64,000 nucleotides of DNA from Narcine bancroftii (GCF_036971445.1 NC_091469.1:159526001-159590000); one strand, 5' to 3'. Shown: positions 13,576-24,860, numbered from the stretch's first letter. The notes: generated by a model from the letters alone, not told the origin. Numbers and translations are program-made.

Positions 13576-15918
13576 TCGAGTTTTGCATCCTCTCTCATTG
13601 ATTCATCTACATATTGATTTTGAAAACTTTCCTGTACACATTTGACAAACTCCCAAGCCACCCAGTCCTTTTACAGTATGGGAGTCCCAATCAATATGTG
13701 GAAAGTTAAAATCGCCTACTACCACAACTTTGTTTCTTACAATGGTCTGCCAGCTCCTGACCGATTTGTGCCTCCAATTCTCTCAAACTATTGGGTGCTC
13801 CATAATACAAGCCTATTAATGTGTTGACACCTTTCCCGTTTCATAGTTCCACCCAAAAGGCTTCTGTAGATGAGCCCTCTGGACTGTCTTGTCTAAACTC
13901 AGCTATGATAATTTCCCTGACTAGCAACACCACTCCTTCCCCTTTCATCCCTCCCCCTTTATCCGTCTCAAACAACGGAACTCCAGAACATGGAACTGCC
14001 AGCCCTGCAACCAAGTCTCACTCAAGCAATAACATCATAATCCCACGTGCCCATCCACTCCCTCAGCTCATCTACCTTACCGACAATACTCCTCACATTG
14101 AAATAGATGCATCAGAGATCATTTCCTCCCCACCAACTGTATCCAAAGCAGTTGATTGATTGGTGATGCGAACTGCCACAGGGGTTCTTCTACCCCTTCC
14201 CCTCCCCTTCCCAACTGTCACCCAAGTGCCTGGCTCCTGACTCTTCGGGGTTCCTGCCTCCCTCAAACTCCTCTCCATCACTGCCTCTGCCGACCCAACG
14301 ATTCAAAGTTCATCCAGCTGCAGCTCCAGTTCCCTAACTCCGTTTATCAGGAGCTGCAGCTGGATGCACCTCTTGCAGGTGTCATCATTGGCAACAAAGT
14401 GTTGTCCCTGACTTCCCACATCCTGCAGGCGGAACACTGGACTGGCCTAACAACTGCCTCTATTACCCAATTCCTCAGTTAATTAACTAGCTTAATGAAA
14501 GAAACTTTCCACTCTTCGCTTACTGGGAGCAAACTCCTCCTCAGCCACCACAGACAAGGCCACCATGTCCCTTTCTTCCCCTGCCCTCCCCCCCCCCACC
14601 ATCACTGGCTGCTTTAACAGCTCTCCCTCTTTTTCCATGTCACCATCTATTGCCAGCTGAGGTGGTGAATGTGGGCTCAGTTTTAACATTTAAGAAGTAT
14701 TTGGTCAGGTGCATGGATGGGAGGGGTATGGAGGGATATGACCTAGGTACAGGTTAGTGGGACAAGGCAAAAATGGTTCAGCAAAGAATAGAAGGGCCGA
14801 AGAGGCCTGTTTCTGTGCTGTAATGTTCCATGGTTCTAAGCAGGCCCTTCAACCCTTCTAGTCTGTTCCAAACTCTTATTCTGCCTAGTCCCAATGACCA
14901 TATTCCTGCTAACCTTCCCATCCATGTCACAGTCCAAATGTTTCGTGTATGTCAAGTTCACTTTGGCAGCTCGTTCCACTCTCCCACTACTCATTCTGTG
15001 AAAAGTTTCCTCCTGACGTTCTCCCTAAACTTCTCCCCTAACCCATGTCTTCCAGTTCTTGTCCCACCCCAACCTCTGTGGAAAAATCCGCAGATAGAAC
15101 CACGTGGGGATGAAGGGAACAGTTAAGTGATGGGGGAACCAGCTGGGGGTGAGAGGTGTGGGATGGATATGGGAATGGGAACCAGGTAAGGGGTGGGGGA
15201 GAGGGGGTTTGGATGGATAAATAGTGGGGCAACCAGATTAGAGAGGGGGGGAACAGATAAATAATGAGAGATCACAACCAGACATCACACATGTACAGAC
15301 AAATAATACACATGCGGGACAAGTACTTTATTGATATAAATATTATTTTATGAATATGAGAGTTTTGGATGGTCAGTGTGAGCAGTTCCTTTGGTCATTC
15401 AGCATTCTCACTGCCAGTGGGAAGAAGGTGTTCCCCAGCCTTGTGGTGCCGGCTCTGATCCTCCTGTATCTCTTCCCTGACGGGATCAGCTGAAAGATGC
15501 TGTGTGTAGGTTGGAAGGGGTCCTCAATAATTTTACACACCTTCTTCAGACAACGATCCTGGTAGATCACATCAATGGTGGGCAGAGAGACTCTAGAGAT
15601 CCTCTCTGTCACACTTCTGGTCCTGTCGATTCACCTCCAATCCATTTCTCCACAGCAACTGTACCACACAGTGATGCAGCCGGCCAGGAGGCTCTCAGTA
15701 GATCTCCTGTAGGAGGTTGACATCATGGTGGCAGGTAGCCTTACCCGCCTCAGCCTTCTCTTGAAGTGCAGGCACTATTGTGCCTACCTGACAATTGAGG
15801 AGATGTTGCGTGTCCATAATAGGTCATTACTTAAGTCCACGATAGGTCACTAGTTGAGTGGGATAGAGGCCAGTAGATGATTTTCAGGTGGTACCAGGTC
15901 GGGTAGAGGGAATGGAAC
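13576..15918 (+). repeat. Segmental duplication copy A (CR1 5' part + CR1 tails + G-rich tract + Rex fragment)
   Basis: Collinear, high-identity match to 33571-36524 across several unrelated TE junctions. Confidence 0.93.
15370..15830 (-). mobile_element. Rex1/Babar 3' fragment (duplicated at 35975-36440)
   Basis: ORFs 15373..15612 and 35979..36218 are nearly identical. Confidence 0.8.
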
Positions 15919-16646
15919 AGAACCATAAAAGATAAAACACTTACACTAAGAAACAAGCCCCTGGCTCTTCTAGTATCTTCCAAACTAATATTCTGTCTAC
16001 TCCCACTTACCTGCACCCAGACCATACCACTGCAGGCCCCTCCTATCCGTGTAATGTCCAAATCTTTCTTGTATCTCAAATTCAAGTTGGCAGCTCATTC
16101 CACACTCTCTCTACTCTCTGTTATGAAAACATTCCCCCTGATGATCACCCTAAGCTTCTCCCCTTTCACCCTTAACCCATGTCCTCCAGGTCTTGTCTCA
16201 CTCCAACCTCAGTGCAACAAGTCTGCTTTCATTTACTCTGTCTATCCCACTCAGAATTTTAAATACCTCTATCAAATCCCCCTCATTCTTCTGCACTCCA
16301 GGGAATAAAGTTCTAACCTGTTGAACTTTTCCCTGTAACTCAGTTCCTGAAGTTCTGGCAGCATCTGAGTAAACCAAGTTGGGGTGGATGTGAGGCAGAT
16401 AGAACTAAGTGGGGGAGAGGAGGTAAGTGATGGGGAAACCAGAAGAGGTGAGCAGGATGGTTTAGTGAAGTGATGGGGGAACCAGGTAAGGGAGTAAGGG
16501 ATGGGGAAGTGAGTGAGGAGAGAGAGATGACCAGATGGAACCTGGTGGGTGTCGGGTGGGTGCAGCAGTCTCGTTTGTCCTCCATCCTTTGAGGGGCAAG
16601 GACTCAACGTGCAATGCACAATCATTGTTCTCGCTCTCTTTCCCAG

Positions 16647-16736
16647 ACTCGTTGAACCCCACCTTCATTTATGTGCCGGTTCTCCTGGTTCTCCTGATCA
16701 CACTTGGCATCATCCTTCTCATCTTCCAGAAAAAAG
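16647..16736 (+). CDS. Transmembrane exon of a type I Ig-superfamily receptor: (D)SLNPTFIYVPVLLVLLITLGIILLIFQKK(G)
   Basis: Strong acceptor ttctcgctctctttcccAG, donor G|gtgagc, 90 nt, phase 1/1; ~21-aa hydrophobic helix followed by KK; non-TE sequence. Confidence 0.82.
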
Positions 16737-16877
16737 GTGAGCTCCTTTCTCGCTGACCAAACACATCTCTCACTGAAGGAGGCCGAACCAATCAGCTCAC
16801 TAACCCATCTCTATTTTACTGCCAGTGCTGGGTGCAGGGTGGTGAAGTGGGAAATGGGTTATCCAACAGAAGATGGA

Positions 16878-17110
16878 TGGCACAGTTGACATAGTGATTA
16901 GGGCAACGCTGTTACAGCATCAGAGACCCAGGTTCCAATCTGGCGCTGTCTGTCAGGAGTTTCCACGTTCTCTCCATGACATGCGAGAGGTGCTCCGGTT
17001 TCCTCCCAATTTTCAAAACATACAAAGATTCTAGATTAATTGGGGTATTTGTGTGTTATGGCCTCATGAACCAGAAGGGCCTGTTACTGTACTGCATGTC
17101 CAAATTTAAA
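16878..17110 (+). mobile_element. tRNA-derived V-SINE/HE1-like SINE
   Basis: Degenerate A/B boxes (GGTTCCAATC), core GGAGTTTCCACGTTCTC...GCTCCGGTTTCCTCCC, CR1-like tail. Confidence 0.7.
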
Positions 17111-17189
17111 TGAAGTTGGGTGATCTCTGCTGCCCCTCCCCAGTTGCCTGGTTTCCCAAGGTCACATTCAAACCTCTCTTCACTTTCCC

Positions 17190-17640
17190 CAGGAACCACT
17201 CCCTCCATGACTCCCAAGTCCACTCCTCCCTTCCCATTCCTTGGCACCTACCCATGTTCACACAGGAGATGCTCCACCTGCCCCCACACCTCCTGCCTCA
17301 GCACGATTTGGGGCCCCAAACAGTCCTTCCAAGTAAAGCAACACTTCTCTTGTGAATCTACAGGGGTTATCTACTGCATCTGGTACTCCCTTTGTGGTCT
17401 CCTCTACATCGGAGAGACAGGGCACAGTCTGGGACATGGCTTCACTGAGCACCTTCTCTCCATCTACAGCAAGGACCTCCCAGTGGCCAACCATTTTAAT
17501 TCCCTGCACCATTCCAACACTGACATAACTGTCCATGGCCTGACATATGGCCAAACGAGGCCACCTACAAATTGGAGGAACAACACCTAATATTTGATCT
17601 GGGCCCCCTCCAACCAGAGACAACCTCCAATTTCCAGAAA
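17190..17640 (+). mobile_element. Penelope-like element, GIY-YIG endonuclease fragment
   Basis: CSTCPH...GPKQSFQVKQHFSCESTGVIYCIW...LYIGETG...EHL...VANHFN. Confidence 0.88.
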
Positions 17641-18209
17641 CACCCTTCCCTAAGATTTTCTTTCCCTCTCCCTCTGCCTCCTTCCCCCCCCCACCTTCCC
17701 CCCCCACCACCACCTTCCCTCTCCATTCAGAGAGTTACCCTGCCCCCATCACTTCTCAGCTTCTTCCTCTTCTCCCCTCCCACCCGTCTCCACCTTTTAC
17801 CTGTTGGCCTGTGATCCCCCCCCTTCCCCTTCCTCCCTCCTTCCCCCTCCCCACCTTTTTATTCAGGCACCTACCTCCTTTTAGCTTGTGCCTTGACCTG
17901 GAGTTCCCACCCACCTGTGCTGTGGCGATTCCCACTGGTCCTCTCCTTGTCCACACAAACCATCAGCTTGCTCAAACCGGAGTTGGATCTCAGGGATTGG
18001 CGGACAACTGGGTCAAGACTGGGTCCAAAGTTAGCATGGATAGCATGGGCCAAATGGCCTCATACTTCACTGCTGTTGTGATAAGTCTCCATTCAATTCT
18101 GCTCACTGTTCATGTGGCTGAAAGGTGTGATTACAGCTTGGTGAGTGAGGTTATAAATTTCGTGGTGAATTTGTCATGTGAATCCAAGGTGTGGGACTCG
18201 ATTCATTGG

Positions 18210-18430
18210 AGAGGGTGTCAGTGATAAGGGAGAGTGTCCATGGGTAGGATGTCTGTGAGGTAGAGTGTCCATGGGGAGTGGGTAATAGCGGAGAGTGTCC
18301 GTGGGGAGAGTTGGTGATGGGGGAGAGTGTCTGGGGGGAGAGTTAGTGATGGGGAGAATGTCTGTGGGGAGAGGGAGTGACGGGGGAGAGTGTCCAAGAG
18401 GAGAGTCGATGATGGGATGAGTCCCCCTGA
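18210..18430 (+). repeat. G-rich minisatellite, ~31-32 bp unit, ~6-7 copies
   Basis: GAGAGTGTC-like core recurs at 18230, 18260, 18291, 18323, 18354 and 18386. Confidence 0.8.
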
Positions 18431-18439
18431 GCCATGACA

Positions 18440-19729
18440 TTGAGTTCTCCAGTATTACATCATCTGCTCAATATTTGGAAGAAGATTCATGTAGAAAGGA
18501 ATAAAACAAATTACCAATTACCAAAACTAATACTGACGCAAAATCAGCTAATCCCTTTTACAATAGATAACCTTTCCTTTAGAGAATGGGAGAAAAAATG
18601 GATCAAAAGAATAGAAAATTGTTTTTCAGGTAATAAATTACTATCCTTTGAACAAATGAGGGATAAATATAATATAACTCAAGATACAGTGCTGGCATAT
18701 TACCAACTGAGATCCTACTTGAAGGATAAATTAGGAAGTAGTCTGAGTTTACCAGAGGGAAGTAATTTTGAATATGTGATTACAGATACAATGATAATCA
18801 AAAAATTTATAACAAATATGTATATTAAACTGCAAGAAAAGGAGAATGAGGAAACAAATGATAAAACTAAACAAAAATGGGAACAAGATTTAAACAAAAA
18901 GATAAAGAAGGAAACATGGGAGAAGTTATGCTCTGGAACTATGAGAAATACAATAAACACGAGGTTACGTATGATACAATATAACTGGATACACAGGCTA
19001 TACATTACACCTCAAAAGTTAAATAAATGAGACCCAACAGTATCTGACAGATGTTTTCATTGTAAAAAAGAAATGGGAACAACAATTCATGCAATCTGGA
19101 CGTGTGAGAAAGTGAAAAAATTTTGGGAAGATCTAAACCAGATATTAAATAAAATTACAGAAAACAATATACCAAAAAACCCAGAGATCTTCCTCCTAAG
19201 TAACATAAAAAACAAAGAATTTGGAATTGATTTGGAGGATGCACAAAAAAGATTTGTTAAGATAGCTCTAGCCGTAGCAAAAAAATGTATCATGTCAACC
19301 TGGAAATTGGAAGATAATTTGAGAATACAACAATGGTATATAGAAATGAATAAATGTATTCCATTAGAAAAAATAACATATAGTTTAAGAAATAATATTG
19401 AAATATTTGAACAAATATGGGAGCCTTACATGAAACACAATAGAGAAAACCTACCGGGGACATTCACTACCTAAATTAACGAAAGGAGAAGGAAATGAAA
19501 AGAATTGACTCAGTGGAATTTCTGGTTTATTTTTATTGAATGACAACATTGTTTGACTGGTTTAATGTATCTTAGATTCTGTACTTTAAATGAATGGGGG
19601 TGGAGATAGGGAGGGTGGGATGGGAAGAAGGAGGGGGGGAGAAAATGACACTATATATTTGAAAAGGAAAATGTATGTATTTTGGTCAATGTGGTTTATG
19701 GTGTGAAAAATAAAAAATTTTAAAAAAAA
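18440..19729 (+). mobile_element. L1/Tx1 LINE 3' part (ORF2 C-terminus with CCHC knuckle, 3' UTR, poly-A)
   Basis: ORFs 18434..19030 and 19073..19474 are in one frame, split by a single TGA; CFHC...HAIWTC; AATAAA and A-run at ~19709-19729. Confidence 0.93.
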
Positions 19730-21860
19730 CCTTGACCCTCTCCTGTCTGCATCACCTCTGTTGTCGGTATAACTACTTGAGGCTCTCCAGCCTGTATCTC
19801 CCTGTTGTAGGTGTAACTACCCAGAGCCCCTCTGTCTATATATCCCCTCATGTTGGTATAACCGTCCAGAGGCCCTCCTGCCCATATCTCCCCTTTTGTC
19901 AGTATAACTGCCCTGAGCCCATTCAGTCTGTGTCTCCCCTGTTGTAGGTATAACCACCCTGAGCCGCTGCAGCCTGTATCTCCCCTGTTGGTGGTATAAC
20001 CACTCTGAACCCCTCCAGCCTCTAACTCCCCTGTTGTAGGTATACCCACTCTGAGACCCTCCTGTCTGTATCTCCCCTGTTGTAGGTATAACCGCCCTTA
20101 GACCTCCTACCTGTATCTCCCCTGTTGTCGGTATAACAGTCCTGATTCCCGCCTGCCTGTATCTCCCCTGTTGTTGGTATAACCACGCTGAGCTCCTCCA
20201 GCCTGTATCGCCCCTAGTGTAGTTATAATAGCCCTGAGCCCCTCAAACCTCTATTTCCCATGTTCTCGGTATAACTACCCTGAGACACTCCTGTCTGTAT
20301 CTCTCCTTTTGTAGGTATAACAACCCTGAGACCCTACAGGCTGCATCTTCCCTCATCTAGGTATAACCGCCCTCAGCCCCTCAAGCCTGTATCTCCCCTG
20401 TTGTAGGTATAACCACCATGAGCCCCTCAATCCTGTATCTCCCCTCTTGTCTGTGTTACCACCTTGAGACCCTCCTGTCTGTATCTCCCCTGTTGTAGGT
20501 ATAACCACCCTGAGGCCTTCCAGCCTGCATCTCCCCTGTTGTCGGTATACCCACCCTCAGACACTGCTGTCTGTATTTCCCCTGTTGTCGGTATAATGCC
20601 CTGAGCCACTTCAGCCTGTATCTCCCCTGTTGTAGGTATCACTACCCTGAGACCCTCCTGCCTGTATCTCAGCTGTTGTCGGTATAACTACCCTGAGACC
20701 CTCCTGTCTGCATCTGCCCTGTTGTAGGTATAACCTCCCAGATCATCTCCTGACTGAATCTCCCCTGTTATCCGTATAACAGCCCTGAGCCCCTCCAGCC
20801 TGTATTTCCCCTACTGTAGGTATAACCATCCTGAGCACCTCCAGCCTGTATCTCCCTGTTGTAGGTGTAACCAACCTGAGCCCCTCCAGCCTGTATCACC
20901 CCTGTTGTAGGTATATCCACCCTGAGCCCCTCCTGTCTGTATCTCCCCTGATGTAGGTATAACCACCCATAGGCCCTCCTGCCCGTATCTCCCCTGTTGT
21001 CGTTATAACTGCCCTGAACCCCTACAGCCTCTAACTCCCCTGTTGTTGGTATAACCACGCTGATCCCCTCCAGCTAGTATCTCCCCAGATGTCTGTATAA
21101 TCAACCTGAGCCCCTCCTGTTTGTATTTCCCCTGTTTAGGTATAACCGCCCTGAGACCCTGCTACCTGTATCTCCCCTGTTATTGTTATAACTGCCCTGA
21201 ACCCCTCCAGCCTCTAACTCCCCTGTTGTAGGTATAACCGCCCTGAGACCCTGCTACCTGTATGTCCCCTGTTCTTGGTATAACATCCCTGAGCCCCTCC
21301 AGCCTGTATCTCCCCTGGTGTATGTATAACCACCCTCAGCCCCTCAAGCCTGAATCTCCCTTGTTGTAGGTATAACCACTCTGAGACCCTCCAGCCTGCA
21401 GCTTCCTTGTCGATATCACCCCCCTGAGCTCCTCCAACCTGTATGTCCCCTGTTGCAGGTATAACCACCCTGATCCCCTCCAGCCTGTATCCCCCCTGTT
21501 GTTGGTATATCCACCCTGAGCCTCTCCTGTCAGTATCTTCCCTGTTGTACATATAACCACCCTGAACCCCTACAGCCTCTAACTCCCCTGTTGTTTGTAT
21601 AACCGCCCTCAGCCCCTGCAGCCTGTATCTCCCCTTTTGTCTGTATAACCGCCATGAGCCCCTCCAGCCTGTATCTCCCCTGTTTTAGGTATAACCGCCC
21701 TGAGCCCCTACAGCCTGTATCTCCTCAGTTGTAGGTATAACCATCCAGAGCCCCTCCAGCCTGTATCTCCCCTGTTTTAGGTATAACCGCCCTGAGCCCC
21801 TCCAGCCTCTTACTCCTCTGTTGTAGGTATAATCACCCTGAGCTCCTCCTGCCTCGAACA
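19728..21860 (-). repeat. 46-bp tandem satellite (~46 units), reverse orientation to 1033-2100
   Basis: Units CTGTATCTCCCCTGTTGTAGGTATAACCACCCTGAGCCCCTCCAGC are the reverse complement of the 1033-2100 consensus. Confidence 0.95.
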
Positions 21861-21998
21861 CCCCTGTTCTACTGTGTTTATGTCTCAATCAGACCCAGCA
21901 GCATCTGACGACGTGTGATGAACAGATTCGCATCCTGAAACTCCCGGTGTTTTCTCCAGTTCTTCCAATACTGATTCCCCTCCCCTCTCTCCCTGCAG

Positions 21999-22391
21999 AT
22001 TATTCCTTCCAAGGTTGGACAATGTCTGGTGCTGATGTGGTGTCAGCCGTGGAAGGGGCCTCTGCCATGTTGCTGTGTCGTTTCATCCACCCACCCACGG
22101 AGGAGACCCTCACTGGTACCATCAAGTGGTACAAGATTAAACCAGGAGTTAAATCAGTTCCTCAACTTGTGTTTAACTGTACAAATCCCGGCCTTGGATC
22201 CTCCCGATGTGATCGGGCAACACAGGAGGTCAGAGGGGATCGTTTCACGTTCGTGGGGAACCTGTGCCGAAGAGATGCCTCGGTCATGGTGAATCGTCTG
22301 AGTCGGGAGGATGAAGCTCAGTATTGGAGCCGCGTGGAGCTCAACATCGGTAACTTTCAAACTGCACTTTCAACGAACCTGACAGTGAGAG
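21999..22391 (+). CDS. Ig V-set exon, Siglec-15-like N-terminal domain (possibly a decaying copy)
   Basis: Acceptor tcccctctctccctgcAG, donor G|gtgagc, 393 nt, phase 1/1, open. W.M...VSA.EG.SA.L.C.F.HP, C-strand W, VFNC...RC extra Cys pair, RF.FVGN..RRDAS..V.RL..ED..QYWSRVE match the Siglec-15 V-domain pattern as I recall it. Confidence 0.88.
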
Positions 22392-22544
22392 GTGAGCAAA
22401 GAGCCCACCTGCTGCAGTGGGTCACAGTCTTCACTCCTCCCCCAACTAATCATATTGTTTTCATAACTTACAAGTGGAATAAAGCAGGATAATTCTTTAT
22501 GCTCATTCACAACCCAAGTCTGCACATGGTTGAGTTGAGACCCC

Positions 22545-22880
22545 CTACATTCGGAGCCCCAAACAGTCCTTCCAAACAAAGCAACTCTTCAGTTGTGAAT
22601 CTGCATGGGTCATCTACTGCATCTGGTCTCCCGCTGTGGTCTCTTCTACACTGTGGAGGCTGGATGCCGACCGTTGAGCACCTTCACTGCCAGAGCAAGG
22701 AGCTCCCAGGGGCCAATCATTTCAATTCTCCTCGCCCCCCTCCTGCACCAACGTTTCTGTCCCTGGCCTCATGCACTGCCAGACCAAAGCTACCCGCAAA
22801 TTGGAGGAACAATCCCTCATATCCCGTCTGGGCCTTCTCCAACCAGACGGCGTGAATGCCGATGTCTCCATTTCCGTTAA
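22545..22880 (+). mobile_element. Penelope-like GIY-YIG fragment
   Basis: Frameshifted homolog of 17190 copy (PKQSFQ, IYCI, ANHFNS, RKLEEQSLI.RLG.LQPDG.N). Confidence 0.8.
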
Positions 22881-23029
22881 TACCTCCCCATGCCCCCGTC
22901 TCTCTTTCTCTTTCCCCATCCTTCTGTCTTCTTTCCTTAGTGCCCCACCTCCCCCTTTCCTCTCCTTTCAGAAAGGCCCCCCCCACTCCTAACACTTCTC
23001 AGCATTTTTCCCTTAATTTAATTTTTAAT

Positions 23030-23260
23030 TAAATTTAGATGTACAGCATGGTAATTGGCTCTTTTGGCCCACGTGTCCGTGATGTCCAATTTACAACCAA
23101 TTAACATAAACTCCTGGAACATTTTTGAATGGTGGGAGGAAACAGAAGCCCCCGGGGAAATCCCACAAATATATGGGGAGAACGTAGAAACTTCAGGATT
23201 TGAACCCTGATCCCAATCGTTGGCGCTGTAACAGCGTTGTGGTAACTGTTATGCCAACCC
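23030..23260 (-). mobile_element. V-SINE/HE1-like SINE
   Basis: Same core as other SINE copies; B-box GGGTTCAAATCC on minus. Confidence 0.65.
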
Positions 23261-23519
23261 ATGGTGACCCACCCACCTATAACCTTTTGCCTGTGGGCCT
23301 GTGCCCCTCCTCCTCCCACTATTTTATCCAGGTGGTAACAGAGGGCTCAGGCCCGAAACATTGGCTTCCTTTTCCTTCCTGACGATGCTCAGTGATCTGC
23401 TGAGTTTTCCCGAGATGAGGATCCATTTTCCATCTCAGGTCACATCAGGGTTCCCTTCATGCACATTACTTGAGTGAGGAGCTTCATCGGCAGTTGGACA
23501 GGATCCGGTCTTTCAGAGA

Positions 23520-24370
23520 CCAGCTGCAGGTGATGGAGTCTTTCAGAAGGCCTGTTGTACGTTGGCCTTTATTAGTTGGGGATTGAGCTGAGGAGTTCTG
23601 AGATAATGTCACAGCTCGACAAATATCCTGTTAGACCACAACCGTGTTACAGGAAGGATGTGGAAGCTAAGGAGAGGGTGCAGAGGAGATAGGCCAAGGT
23701 GTTTCCTGGATTGGAAAACAAGACTTATTAGGCAAGTTTAGCAGAGCTGGGACTTTTCTCTTTGATGCGAAGAAGGACATGAGGAGACTTGACCGAGGTC
23801 GACAAGATTAGGAGAGACATAGATGGGGTGAACAGACAGCACCTGTTCCCCAGGGCCGGATCAGCAAACACCAGAGGACACGTGTACAAGGTGAAGGGAG
23901 GGACATTTAGGGGAGATATCAGGGGTAAGTTTGTTTTTAGACGGAGACTGGTGGGCACAGTTAACTGGAATTCACTGACTATGTGGAGTTCAGATGGCTG
24001 GCTCCTCCCTTGGCTCCACCTCACCCCCCCCCCCCAATATAAACCCTGGATTTCCTGCCTTACTTCAGATTCACCCAAGGACCATTGTATCCACTGGCCA
24101 TTGATTGTAAGCTATTAAAAGTGTGTCTGTGCTCCTCTCTCGTCTCTGAGTGCAATCAGTTATGTTACAGTGGGTGCCTAGAACACCTTGCCAGGGGTAG
24201 TGGTGGAGGCTGGTATAATAGGGACATTTAAAAGACTCTTAGACTCAGGGATGCAAGAAAAATTGAGGGTTGTGTGTGTGAGGTAGGGAAAGCTTATACT
24301 GTTGAGTAGGTTTATATGGTCAGCACAACATTGAGGGCTGAAGGGCCTGTGCTGTGCTGGAGTGTTTTAT
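23520..24370 (+). mobile_element. Degenerate CR1 3' portion containing a putative solo LTR
   Basis: RQHLFPRAGSANTRGHVYKVKGG...; CR1 resumes at 24170. Confidence 0.8.
23956..24169 (+). mobile_element. Putative 214-bp solo LTR with 5-bp TSD
   Basis: GTGGG at 23951-55 and 24170-74; internal TATA (AATATAAA) and ATTAAA; ends TTACA; 5' end is not TG. Confidence 0.6.
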
Positions 24371-24626
24371 GTTGTTCAATAAAATTGGAAGGGGAGCAGA
24401 GAAGATTGACCAGAATGTTGCCAGGATTGGAAGGGTTGAGTAAAAGGGGAGGTTGGATAAGGTGGGTCTTTATTCCCTGGAGCAGAGGAAGATGAGGGAC
24501 CTGGATGAAGTGAATGCTCACAGAATTGTCGCCAAGGTAGATGATCCCGAACCCAGAGGGCCTTAGTTTGAGGTAAGAAGGGAAAGACAGAAGAGGGACC
24601 TGATGGCCATCTTTTCACACAGAGAT

Positions 24627-24860
24627 GGGCTCCACGGTTGGCGTTGTGGTTACAACACCAGCAATTGGAACTGGGGTTCAAAACCTGCCCTGTCTGTAAG
24701 GAGTTTGCATGTCCTCTCCATGTCTGTGTGGGTTACCTCCGGGGGTTTTGGTTTCCTCCCACCCTTTAAAGTGTACTGAGGGTTGTAGGTTAATTGGGCA
24801 GCGCGGGCTTGTGGGCTGAAAGGGCCTGTATCTGTGCTGTATATCTCAATTTTAAAATAG
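24627..24860 (+). mobile_element. V-SINE/HE1-like SINE
   Basis: B-box GGGGTTCAAAACC, CTGTCTGTAAGGAGTTTGCATG core, GGTTTCCTCCCAC. Confidence 0.7.

Noticed and set aside
16878-16950. tRNA genes
   Set aside because: Degenerate SINE heads; no cloverleaf.
18054-18140. MASYFTAVVISLHSILLTV as the leader exon for V1
   Set aside because: The ATG lies in a CR1-type tail; available donors give phase 2 or 0, not phase 1.
19728-21860. Satellite as a CRISPR array or Ig class-switch region
   Set aside because: Units are contiguous with no unique spacers and there are no cas genes. The sense strand is C-rich with few AGCT motifs, opposite to switch regions, and it lies 5' of a V exon.
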